A stretch of DNA of 62,153 nt, counting the filler, from Rhabdomonas costata (taxonomy: Eukaryota), in NCBI GenBank assembly GCA_019059605.1. It is 22 parts of 22 records of this genome, joined end to end, with 100 filler letters (N's around TTAATTAATTAA, not from the genome) between each part and the next. Parts side by side here need not be neighbours in the genome. Positions count along the whole stretch, not along the records: positions 36,796 to 39,533 come from JAHMHO010002226.1; positions 39,634 to 42,361 come from JAHMHO010002227.1; positions 42,462 to 45,189 come from JAHMHO010002228.1; positions 45,290 to 48,016 come from JAHMHO010002229.1; positions 48,117 to 50,843 come from JAHMHO010002230.1; 17 more parts are not named here. The stretch is one strand, 5' to 3'. Of this stretch, positions 38,261-49,931 are shown piece by piece (within the stretch, counting starts at the first letter, position 1; each line of letters opens with the position of its first letter). The notes under the pieces were generated by a model. It was not told where the DNA came from, searched no databases, and saw only the letters and a program-made list of their open reading frames with translations. The position numbers were made by a program, and so were the translations under genes.

Positions 38261-39431
38261 AGGTCCCTGGTTCGGTTGCGAGACCGGCCATTTTTCCGCG
38301 GAAGGACTCCCAGTTTTCCCACGACCTCTTCTTCCAGACCTTCTCTCCCTCGAGACCCTTGGTCCGTTTCGGCTTGGCTCCCCAAAACATGCGTTTCTTC
38401 ACGAACGTGAATCAGCGGCCCTGGTGTTGTTTTCCGGCAAACCTATTCTTTGCCAGCTACGCTTTCTGCTTGGTGTTATATCTGGTGTATATCTGTGTAT
38501 CTGGTGTTATATCTTTGCTTCCGTTGAAGAAGTTCGGTTTTGCTTTGCAGTCTATTTTTTTTTGTATTTTCCCGGTGTTTTCTTGCCATGTTGAGCGTAT
38601 CTTTTCTGGCAATTCCAACGCAGACTTCAGGTGCTGTTTAGCTTTAACACATGCTTTCTCTCGGTTGGATGTTACGGAATACGCATATAATGCATTCCGT
38701 GCCATGAATAGAAGCAAGTAAGAGACAGAATTTTGACACGCTCCTTTCTCCACCGTTTGTGGCGCACTTTGATGGCGCTGTCTTTTTCCCGATTTGTTTG
38801 GCAGATGGAAGACCCGTATACACTTTGGTGCCCCTGAGCACGGGTGTCTCTAAGCTCCCAGGAGGGCAATCAGACAGGTGAGAATGGGAAGCAGGGTGCT
38901 TGCTTTCACATCCGCCCGGTAGTCGCCAAGAAATCTTTGGAAACACCTGTGATGTTTGCTTGAAGATTGATTTCCTTCACACTGGCCTTATCTTTTTGTT
39001 CAGACACGTTTCGATTTTGCCTGTAATAGGGGTGAATGCCGGGTTTTCGCTCCTGGTCTGTTTGTTCACTCCTGCTTGTCTCGTTTGGCGAATGTCACTT
39101 TGCAGATCTCCCCAGATGTCACCTGCCAATACCAACGCGCGCCAGGACCACCTGTTGGCCCATTCCCACAGCTCCCCAGCTGTCCCACAAAATCCCTGTA
39201 TCCACGTTGACTGCTGGCGACGATTGCGAGTGAAAAAGGTGTGCCAGGGTAAAAAATACGCTGACTCTCGGGATAGTTGTGTTTGGGGTAGGAACGGAGA
39301 CCTCATTCGACCTGCTCGCCTCCACACAAGAGAACCATGAAGTTGGCAAGCAAAGCACAGGGTATGCGCAGCGCACAGGAAAAGTCTCACTTCGTGCTCC
39401 TGAACGGGCGGGAGGATAGATCCTCTAAGGT

Positions 39432-39523
39432 CAACCAACCAACCAACCAACCAACCAACCAACCAACCAACCAACCAACCAACCAACCAACCAACCAACC
39501 AACCAACCAACCAACCAACCAAC
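39432..39523. repeat. (CAAC)23 tetranucleotide microsatellite
   Basis: Perfect 92-nt CAAC array at the contig end. Confidence 0.97.
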
Positions 39524-39633
39524 ACCCCCAACANNNNNNNNNNNNNNNNNNNNNNNNNNNNNNNNNNNNNNNNNNNNTTAATTAATTAANNNNNNNNNNN
39601 NNNNNNNNNNNNNNNNNNNNNNNNNNNNNNNNN

Positions 39634-40222
39634 TCGTCGGCAACACCGTGAACGTGTGGCTGCTAGAGTCAAACACTTCGACGTGGGAAAGGTACGTCCT
39701 GCCGTCGCTTCCTCCGAAGATGAAAACGCGGCCTCCTGCGGCAACAGCACAGGCACCTCGGCGCTTGTTGCACATAGTCGATGGCAGCATCGTGAAACTG
39801 TTCCTGCTTGGATCAAAAACTTCGCAACTGGAGAGATATTTGCTGCCGTCAAGTCCTCCAAAGATGAGCACGCGACCTCCTTGGGAAACAGCGCAGGCAC
39901 CTTGGCGCTTGCTGCACATCGCCCTGGGCAACAACATGAAAGTGTTGGTGCTCGGGTCAAACACTTCGCAACTGGAGAGTTCCGTGCTGCTGGGTTGGTA
40001 CACGCTGTCGTCGTGCCCGCCGAGGAGGAATATTTGCCCATCCTGAGCTACGGCACAAGCGAACGAACGTTTGCCTCTCATCTCCACGCTACTGAAAGAA
40101 AAATAATCCTCGGTCAGAAAAGACCTGGGAACGAACGCGCACAGAGAACTCTGAAGCAACAGAAGCCGAACAAAAAGCAGGAAGAATTGAAGCGACGAAC
40201 CACATGCCACAGAGCGAGCCAT
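39634..40222 (-). CDS. Kelch-repeat (beta-propeller) protein with N-terminal signal peptide, 3'-truncated, intronless
   Basis: MARSVACGSSLQFFLLFVRLLLLQSSLCA followed by three kelch repeats (M..KR..ACAV...GR..IFGG.DG..YLSSCEVFDP....F..LP). Confidence 0.9.
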
Positions 40223-40797
40223 CTTCGAACTCAAAAGAAATGCCCTGTGGCCGAACTTCTGGGCTCTCCGACAACACACTCCGAGGGCGTAGGAAAAAGC
40301 CCTCACAGCTCAGCAGAAGAAATCCATCGGTAATGGCAACGCTAAGGAGGCGTTACTATTGGAGTTACGAACGCGCTGCGAAAAAAAAAAGCGATCTCGT
40401 CGCGTCTTTCAAACCGTCCAGGAACTAAAAGTGGCATGCAGGTCCAAAAGGCATTGCTGACTTGATTGCGGAGTGGACAACAAACATGAGCATCCCTATA
40501 CCACAAATCAGGAAAGAATCACAGCCGTGAAAAATCCAGGCACAAGGGCTTGTATTCCGACCGATCGTTTCCGCAGAGAAAAAAGCAAAGCAATTGGTGA
40601 ACGGGAACCTAAACCCTCGGTAGTGCACCCTTATTCCCCTGCGTTCCCTTGTTCGTCCCTTCAGCCCTACATGCTCTTGACCCAAAAAGACAAAACCCAG
40701 CACTTCAATTCGATTAAAGAAGTGCGGGACGCCTTTTTTATACCACGAAGGAACCACCCACCCCCAACTCGCAGCGTCGGATATCATGAACGAGGAC

Positions 40798-42115
40798 CTA
40801 AGGGACAGTCCAACCCGACCCAGACTCCATGACGCAGAGTATGCCGCCCCCGTAGTCACAGCCTCGGAACGCTAAAACCCACGTCCAGCACAGCTCCATC
40901 AATCGCCGCGAGTTCGTTGCCGCCAGCCTGTTACAAGGTGCGAGAGTTGCACAATCGTGGACTGCACTCCCGAGAGCCAAGCATCGCGCACCGCTGTGCC
41001 ACAAAACGTGCGCGACTGCTCCAGTGCTCTAAACGACATCAGGAGAACCTCAAAAAAAACATCATCAATGTAATGCATACCTTCTCACGGAGATGCTCAT
41101 ACCACACAGCAATGGAAATCCTCCTGGGGACCGTTTCGCAAATATCAGTCTCCGTGAACCCAAAATCAACCAGGCAGCGGGACTCCTATTCTATCGGTTG
41201 GTGGGCCGCCCATACGCCCGCTCGCATGATTCCAAGTCTCGGTCGTGGTACAGCAGACACTCGTACGCCTTCCTGTGGCTAGGCAGCAGCCCATCCCACG
41301 ACCGCACTTCCCAGTGAGAAAACATCGGGCACTCCGAGGTCCACGTGAAGCGGTGCCACATTTCCGAGAACGCGAAGAGCCCCATGGCTGACAAAAAAAC
41401 AGAGAAGATGTAATTTGTACACTTATGTAATTTGTACACAGCACAGATTACAGCTTCCCAAGGATATCCGCACAGAAGCCCAAATGCACCGTTTTCTTTC
41501 TTTCGTATGGTGTACCAGATGCCGCATCTGCGCTCTCAGCACTAAACTCCTCAATGCACTGCTGAATAGGCAGTGTCATCCGAAGTGACCATGTCAGGTT
41601 TTGAGTGAGAAGCCTGAAAGGCTTTGTGAGTATTCTTGGCCCAATCCGCAGAGAAAGGGTCCGCCGTCATGAGAGTGGAGAGGGAGACCTTCATAATCAT
41701 TGACCGAGTACGGGTCAAGCACAGCCAACTCAGCCGCGGTCCGGCCACGCCTGTACCTTAACCTGCGACAGAAAAAAGGGCTCACCAACAGTACGATACA
41801 GCCGCCTTCTTGCGGAGTCTCCAGGAATCCAGCACCTGTTGAGACAACGCACGGCTCACAGCAATTCCGATAAGATCACACGACCAAGCAAAGGAAGAGA
41901 CGGTCAACAGCTGAAATACATTTCGAAAGGGGAAAAATGGCAGAGAGGGGCCCACCACTGATGAAGCTTCTCCAGCACGGCCCTGGGGAAGAACTCAAAC
42001 CCGCACATGTTTAGGATGTACGGCTGCGCAAGCTGAAGCAGCCTCCGCGCCGCCGCAACCCACACCCGCAGACGCCTCTCTCGGGGCAGGGAATGCGCCA
42101 TCCTCCATGGCCGGC
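40798..42115 (-). CDS. Multi-exon protein of unknown function (3' part)
   Basis: Five phase-compatible GT-AG exons from RPWRMAHSLPRERRLRVW... to ...GILCVMESGSGWTVP* (stop at 40798). Confidence 0.5.
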
Positions 42116-42461
42116 CTGACACCCACACCAATACCCACAGATACTATCAAAGGGCACATGCTGGTGCACGGTAATTCAGTAGATCAGCCCGTTACGCGCT
42201 CATAATTCTGCTCTCTGATTCCTGAAGCCCGAAGCTCACTACGATTCGCCGCACTTTCAGATGCCGCCGCAGTGAAATATACGGCGAATCGTAGTGAGCT
42301 TCGGGCTTCAGGAATCAGAGAGCAGAATTATGAGCGCGTAACGGGCTGATCTACTGAATTANNNNNNNNNNNNNNNNNNNNNNNNNNNNNNNNNNNNNNN
42401 NNNNNTTAATTAATTAANNNNNNNNNNNNNNNNNNNNNNNNNNNNNNNNNNNNNNNNNNNN

Positions 42462-44683
42462 GTTGGTTGTTCAGCTCCTGCAGCCACACCTTCGTGTTGT
42501 TCTTCGTGTACAGCTCAATCCCGTGGTCGTACTGTGTATGTGTGTATGTGTCCGCTCAATTGGGCAATACTGTTCTCCTCCCTGCTTTAATGGCACGCAC
42601 TTCTCTTCCACGGTTTTTCACACCATGTACAATTTTGCAACACCGAGGGTTACAAAGACGGTTCCTGCCCCTCCGCCGCGACGTATACAGCGCAGGGCAG
42701 GTTCGCCGCTTACGCCCTACGGAAACCGTCTCTGTCATTCATGCCCATTCAGACAACATTCAGACAAATGCCCGGAACACTCTCGACTTGAGTGCGTTCT
42801 TTCTAACGCCGTGTTCAAAGAAGCACGAGAGATAAGGGTCGTCCTACTCCCTCTGGGTGCACGCCACTTTTGCACTACTTTCCTGAGCGTTTCATCCGTT
42901 TTCGGCGCAGCCCCGAGGGTCCTAAAGACGGGCGCTGACTGTTGCCTGATTGACTGTTGGTGATCACTGTGCATGTGTGTTTGTCTGAGAGCTCGACCTC
43001 TGTAGTAGTTGTTTGCTTTCCCCATTTTCCGATCGGATTATTCGCTCTTCGTGATCTTTCGAGAGAGAGAGAGTGTGTGTGTGTGTGTGTGTGTGCCAGG
43101 GGTCTGCTGGCTGGTGCCGGAACACAGTTACGTCGAAGCGAAAGCCGCCCAGGCCTCATGGCGGCCAATGATCAATTGTGCCGCTACAGTTGTGCCTCAA
43201 TCGAGCGGGAATACCGCGGAGGTGGTTTCCTAGATAACTGATCTTCATACCGAAAACTGTGTGTAGATGTGCACACGGGCGTAGGGTTTTGACTGCTTTG
43301 AAACACTGAAAGCATAGTAGAAGAGGAGGGCACAGAAAACCCGCCCCTCCCCAAATCCACCTGAGCGCCAACTTCCGAGTCCGCCAGGATTCGCCCACCG
43401 ATCACCTCGCACAGGGAATGCAGTTGGTGAACTTTCACCTGAGAGAGATGATATGGGGGCGTTGATACGACACCAGTTAGCTTTGACAGCACGACAGCAG
43501 TGCACAATGCTTTGACTCCGGGATCTAGCCGAGAGTTCGGGACAGGGAAAAAATGTTAAAGCCTCCGGAAGACCTGCGCCGTGCCGTGGAAAAGGGGCAT
43601 CCGCTGCTGCAGCCCTATATTTCCGGTCAGTGTCTTCCCCGAGCTCAGCGCAGCCTGCAGCACAACCCCCTTCGGCAGAGGGCCCTCGGGACGCTCCAGC
43701 AGCTCCATCGCACGCAGCACCGCCGTGGCCGCTCGGACCTGCTGGTTGGCTCCGAGCCACACGCACACCTGGAGCCGAATTTTTTTAGAGAGAGAAGACG
43801 AGTGGGCAGAGATTCCGAAAGCAGGCCCACCAACCCTGATCCGCCCGCACTTTGCTCGCTCGCTCACTCACTCACTTTTGGACTCCAGGGCTGTACTTCG
43901 CGTGATTTTTGCTTGAAAGAAATACTGGTGGTCCATCTAACCCCCACTTCGCTTGGTTTGAGCGGAAGTGACGGCCGCGAGGAGGGCCAAGATGGGCGTG
44001 AAGCGGGGACCAGGGATAAGTCCAGTGAACACAGTGCCTAACCCAAGTGAGGGACCGTGTAATACACAGGCGTCGGTGAGCAGGGGGTTAGGAGGCGATG
44101 CAGGTGTCCCCTGTGACTCCAATAGAAGATTTTGCATGAGGTGAGGTGGCGATGCACGCATCGGTCTTGCGTCCAAGAAAGCGAAATGGCACAGTTCACA
44201 TCAACACTACAGAAAGCGCTCACTCTGTCATCACGGCAAAAGCTTGAAAAATAAATCTGTTCCTCGGACGGAGTCTGTCTCCGCCTCTGCAATCCAAGCT
44301 AAAAGAGTGTTTTCGTTACAACAATCGCAGGTTTTAGCTTTCCTGCTCCTTTCCTTTCCTTGCTGTGGTAGAAACTATGCCACTGAACAACTTCGCGTGG
44401 TGCTGCACCTTCTGTGATGTGTTGAAGCCTTCTTCCTCAGTGGTTGGGGAAAATTTTTTCGTTCATTTTTTCTCTGGGGGAAATTTTTTCACTTCCCCTT
44501 CCCCGGAGCTTGGGTTCGATTAAAAATCCGCCTGCAAGTCATATCCTCAGACGCGGGCGCAGGGGGAGGATACCATCAGGTTTCCAAAGTATTGGTGGAC
44601 TGCTCCGCGCTCGGCGGTGACGCATTCGTGGACGGTGTTGAACAACGTCGAGAGCACGGACTCAGCTTGGACCAATTCAAGCC
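42462..44683 (-). CDS. Degenerate (probably non-catalytic) class III cyclase domain, multi-exon
   Basis: LFNTVHECVTAERGAVHQYFGNLM|VCVWLG...LQAALSSGKTLTGNIGLQQRMPLFHGTAQ|VKVHQLHSLCEVIGGRILADSEV follows the cyclase fold order, but GD is GN and the N..AR motif is lost. Confidence 0.7.
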
Positions 44684-45360
44684 CTGTGGAAGGCACCGCC
44701 CCCTTACACCAAGCACACGTCCACACATGCACATGCGCACCCACAGGGGGCACATGCTCATGTTCCCCGTGGCAGAACCCGCATGCATTGGTGGTGGTAT
44801 ATGATTGTGCCCCATCCCCATACACACGTAAAACGAAACCCACCGACAAAAAGGCACCTTCTCAAATTGTTGTCCTGCTTGGGCTTTCTTGATTAAGTCT
44901 GGGAGGAACATTGAACATTCCCGAGGAAAATCCATAAAAAAAAAGTACCGATTCGGTTCAATTAGCGGCACCACATTCCCCCCACCCTACCAAATGAGAT
45001 GCTCAAAAGTGTCGACTTGAAGGGAGTGAATCCGACGAAAAAGGTAGCACATAAGAACTGAACTGAGAAGGAACCTCTATATCCTATCTGTTCAACCCTT
45101 AAAGTTTTGAAGGATGCGCGAAAATATCTAATGTGAAGCGTTCAAAACTCAACCTCGTCATTGTTTCGACAACGACACTCGACAGAACTNNNNNNNNNNN
45201 NNNNNNNNNNNNNNNNNNNNNNNNNNNNNNNNNTTAATTAATTAANNNNNNNNNNNNNNNNNNNNNNNNNNNNNNNNNNNNNNNNNNNNGTGTGGTGTGC
45301 GAATGTGTGTGTCCGTGCTTGAACTTGAAGGGAGGGAGCTTGTGGCTTCATGGCTTGCAG

Positions 45361-47757
45361 AAGCATGACCGGGCCCTCGCTGACCTTGCGCGGCAGGAGG
45401 CCAAGCGGCTGGTTGAGGTGCAGGCCGTCGTGGAGACGCGGCTGGCGGAGCTTACTGCCGTGGCTAGGCGGCAGCTGGAGGGGTGCAACCCCGCAAAGCT
45501 TCTGTCAGGCCTTCTCAGTGAGGGTGACCTCTGAACTCAAAGCCACCCTCCCTCCGCATCAATACGCTCCGGCACTCCGCGGCGAAGGGCCGTGCACCGT
45601 ATCTGCGGATACCGACCCCTCCTCCCCCGATAGGATGAGGAAGCCATTGTACAGTGGGCGGATCCTGTGCGGAGGACGGCGAGATGCACCTTTGTCCGCG
45701 CTCAGACGTGTGCACAAGACCTCCGCATATGGTGATGGAAGGCAGTGGGCGCTCTTCCGCTGCAGGACCGCACCCTGTCTGTAAAGGAACCCAAGCTCTG
45801 TGGAGGAAGGTCCGGTGTTCTAATCTTACGCAGGGTAGTGTATATATGTATGTATGGGTCGGCTTTTCTGTATTAGTGCATTCTGGCGGTGTCGGACGGT
45901 TGGTTTTGAATAGAGTCCAAAAGAGTTTTAAAAGTTTTAGAGTGAGCAGTGCGAAATGTGCTGCGAGGATGTGAGTAGTGCGGCATTGGTATAGGGAAAT
46001 GATGAAGTGATCCTTGGATTGATTGTTGGTGCTTTAAAAATATGAACACACGCGACTAAAAATGCTGGCAGATTTCTTTGCCGACCCCCACCTGCAGCTG
46101 CTCTGTCATGTGCCTCTAATACAGGCTCTTTTTCTTGATTCCTTTCCTGATATTGAAGGACTGCTTTTTTCCCTTCCGCACCTTTCCCGTTGAACACCTC
46201 TGTTGGTTAAATGGCCAGCTCGGTTCTGTCCGTGACTACAGGACTTCACTCCGAGTCATGTCCCATTTCTTCCGTGCCGACTTCTAGCTTTGCCGCGCCT
46301 CATCCTCCCTCTGAGGTCACTGCCCAATGCCATACAATCGCCCAGACATGCACATACAATCTTGCAATTGCATTATCTCCGAGCCAAACAAAAGGGTGAT
46401 TCCGCGCCCGTTGTTCTTTTGCGTTTGCACTTCGCCAATTGTCCTCTGAAAGCACCATTACGGTGCAAGTTGCACTGAATGTCACTATGGGTAGGGACCC
46501 TTTCCGTTAGAGCCTTTTATGGTTCGCCCCCTCCGACGCTGGCTTGGTGCGGAAGTCAGGGGTTCCACTATAGTATAAAAGGCGTTACTTTAGAATTGTA
46601 CCCACCTCTGTCTTCAGGTTCTTTTTTGAGATGCTTACGCTTTTTGATCTTTTGGAAATTGTTGGAGATGACAAGAAGCGAAGAAAATGATGGAAAAGTA
46701 CAAGATTATGTGTTTATTGGCTTCTTTGACGTTACCTTTGGGGGTTAGGGTTAGGGTTAGGGTTAGGGTTAGCGTTAGGGTTAGGGATACGGTTAGGGTT
46801 AGCGTTAGGGTTCCTGGCCGTGGGTACAATTCTAAAGTAATGCCGGATAAAACTGTTTTTCTCTTCCCTGATCTTCGCATAGTGGTCGCCATTCACTAAA
46901 GGCGTTCGCGACTTACGGCGTAAATAGCTGGGGTCCGAAGCTTTACTATTTTGAGGCGGACCGGCCTTTTCGTGCATGCCGTGCATTTCAGGGGTTGTTT
47001 TCCGCCGTTTTTGAGGAGATTGACCTAATTCAGGCGTACGTCGAGGAGCACCTCACCCTCCAAGAGCTGCGGTTGCCGTTCGTGAGCATCATTTGTTCTC
47101 TGAATTTCTTTCCTTTTTTCTTCTGCGCTGTGGATTTTCTTGAGGAACTCAATAGATCCGCTTGCACTTTGTCGTGACGGCGCAGGTCCAGTCCAGTAGG
47201 TAGTGCGGTGAAACTTGACCCCCCCCCCCAATCATCGTCTGTTCTGTTTGATGACACCATGAAGCTGTTGCGGTGGATTGATGGCACCACGACATTTCTT
47301 CACACGCAGGCGGAAGCTTCAGCTCGCCAAGTTCCTCTCCGAGAGATCTTGCTTCCTGAGCTCCTTCGAAATCGGTCCTTTCTGCACCATAGGGGAAGGG
47401 GCTCACCGCCAACTCATCACCAGAAATTCGGCCCCAGCCTGCCCAACAGTTTCATGGGCCCCCTGCCAAGCATGGGATGTCTTCCCCAGAGTATTCCCGT
47501 CCGTCAACAAACATTACAGAACTTCTGGTGCGATGCGGTTGGCCTACCGCCCCCCATCGTTGGCAAGGTTGTCAACCGCAGGTTGACATCCCATTTTCTT
47601 GTGCTTGTGGGTGGGCGCTGACAGGTACCGATGTGAAAGCCCTGCGGGAGTTGACGGCCACACTGCCTGCCCTGCAGGCCCTCTGCGAGAAGGCGCAGGA
47701 GCAGCTACGGGAACGCCGCTGCTGCGGCGCGGTGGCAGTGGATCTGCAGAACCACAA
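45361..47757 (+). CDS. Multi-exon helical/coiled-coil protein of unknown function (partial)
   Basis: Phase-compatible GT-AG exons: KHDRALADLARQEAKRL... / ...ALWRK / GLFSAVFEEIDLIQAYVEEHL / RKLQLAKFLSER / TDVKALRELTATLPALQALCEK. Confidence 0.55.
46581..46844. mobile_element. 264-bp MITE-like element with 25-bp terminal inverted repeats and an internal (TTAGGG)n tract at 46741-46812
   Basis: ggcgttactttagaattgtacccac (46581-46605) versus gtgggtacaattctaaagtaatgcc (46820-46844): 24/25 complementary. Lies inside an intron. Confidence 0.75.
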
Positions 47758-48579
47758 GTATGTCTGGTTGACTACTTTTACACCACTCCCTCTTGGAGAG
47801 TACAAGCCCCTGGAGGTCCCTGGGTTCCCATCCTCTGCACCCGATGAAGCCTCCAGAAGGTTGGGAGAAAGCGGGCCGTTTTTTGGAGGAAGACGATCTT
47901 TGTAGCTTTTGCTAAGGAACAGCCTCCACCCCTATCGTACCATTGTGGACGGTATGATAGGGGTGGAGGCTGTTCCTTAGCAAAAGCTACAAAGATCGTC
48001 TTCCTCCACAAACCACNNNNNNNNNNNNNNNNNNNNNNNNNNNNNNNNNNNNNNNNNNNNTTAATTAATTAANNNNNNNNNNNNNNNNNNNNNNNNNNNN
48101 NNNNNNNNNNNNNNNNGTGGCGTTGGGCAGGATAGCGGAGTTCTTATATGTGTGTTTTCCCTTGGACACCGGGAAACGAGGGAAACTATTGCTTTAATGC
48201 TGTTCCGGCACTTTGAGCTGGTTTTCGATTCCCTAACTTTTATATTTCGCCTTTCCGAGACATCTCATCTCTTCAACTCACCGAAAGATAGGTTGGCTAA
48301 GAGATTTACAGGCAGAAGAAGGCACTCAAAAGGCATTAAGGAAAATATCTTGCCATTTTAACGTGCCTTCATTCATTACCCTGTCCCCGGTGACAGAGTC
48401 ACGCAGACTCAAACGAAATCAGACTGAGGGACCTCTCCTAAAGAGAAGCGTAGGACTTGCTTAATGCAACAGAACAGAGCCAGTGAAATTCTTCGACATT
48501 TTTTTCATTTGATTCCATTTGACTCTGGCTTTGATTGCGATTAAGAAATCACTTCAAAACTGGGAGGCAGAGAGGCCAC

Positions 48580-49931
48580 CTGTAGGACCACGAGAAGGTT
48601 GTGGTGGCCTTCTCCTTGGGGGTGTGGACCACGAGCTGCGGGGCGAACTGGTCGGGCTGCCACTCCACCCCAGGCCGGCAATCCTTGTCAATGTGCCCCG
48701 ATTCCACCGAGTACGGGATGACGTTGAAGCCCACAATCCGGTACCCCGGAACCCCCTGAGAGGGCGGCATTGCGGCATTGGAAAAAAGGAGGCCCCAAAG
48801 AAGGCACAGCCCATAAATTCACTGCGATTGTCAAAGCCACACCCACATTCACATCCCCCATGCTTTTTTCTTGCTTCCAGCATTTTAGCCGCACTGCCTC
48901 CCCCCGCTGCAACCACTTCGCTCACCTCGGGTTTGTGATACTTGATGGTGAAGGAGAGGTGGTTGTTCACCGTGGTGGGGGGGGTCTTGTTCCCTGGGAT
49001 GCCCAGAGGATACCCCAGCTTGTAGTACAGGGCCTCCCGCCGGCCTTCCCAGATGTAAACCTCCGACACCGGGAGATTGTCCAGGATCAGGTGCCCGCGG
49101 TATTCATCGTCAATTCGGGTCTTCAACTTCTTCAGCTGCCGAAGCTTTCCATCCTGCAATGGAAAAGAGCTCCAAAAAGAAAACTACTGATTGCACTCCA
49201 AAAAGAAAACTAATGATTGCACCTCAACACATAACGTCAAGCGTCAAAAGCACAAAGCACTCAGTCGCCGTTGCAGCAGAAAACAAGAGACACAGGAAAG
49301 AAGAAATATGGGCGTCAAAACAACAAATGAAAATAACACAAGTGAGGACAATGGGATGCAGAAAAGTGACATGACCAACGGGTATGAAAACACGTTACGG
49401 TGAACGGACCCACACACCTTCTCCTTGGCTTTTGTGGTGCAAAGCTTTTGGCAGGTGACGTCGACCTTCATCCGCGCCACGTAGCGGGACGGCTTTATGA
49501 CGTCCCCCCAGAGGATCTCCCTGCGCAAGACGAGCGAGTTGAGGTCACATTCATTGAAAATAGACAGCAAAATATGACCACGAATAATACCCGAAGTTCT
49601 CCACGTCCGCCTTGATGGGTCCGGGCCCCAAAGGGCGGCAGAACATGAGGGAGTAGTAATCATAGGGAATGGCTGTCTTCGTGGATTTTATGGAGTTGAC
49701 CTTGATTGTGAGATTGTCCCCCTTTTCATACTCCACAGGAGTGACCCTGATTAAATGGAGAGTAAATGGTTTTAGCAACTCGACTGAAAGTTGCATGTTG
49801 AACCAGCATTTGTGACAATGGCTGAACGTGGGGTTGTAATCTGACCAAGAAATTGCGTACCCTGGAAGATAAAAGGATAAGCACGGCTCCGAGATTAGAA
49901 CCAAAGCAAGAGCAGTCCAGAGAAAGGTCAT
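48580..49931 (-). CDS. Transmembrane 9 superfamily (EMP70/TM9SF) protein, N-terminal exons 49931-49861, 49746-49591, 49520-49418, 49153-48926, 48755-48580
   Basis: Signal peptide + FYLPGVTPVEY, VNSIKSTKTAIPYDYYSLMFC, ENFGEILWGD, YRGHLILDNLPV, NNHLSFTIKYH, YRIVGFNVIPYSV. All GT-AG. Confidence 0.95.

Noticed and set aside
38977-39531. ORF with (WLVG)n or (PTNQ)n repeats
   Set aside because: Translation of the (CAAC)n microsatellite.
42172-42361. Perfect 80-bp-arm hairpin with a 30-nt loop
   Set aside because: Zero divergence and ends exactly at the contig end, typical of a fold-back amplification chimera.
46635-46986. ORFs with VRVRVR, LTLTLT or NPNPNP runs
   Set aside because: Translations of the TTAGGG tract.
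47884-48008. 58-bp-arm hairpin
   Set aside because: Contig-terminal and near-perfect; same artefact class.
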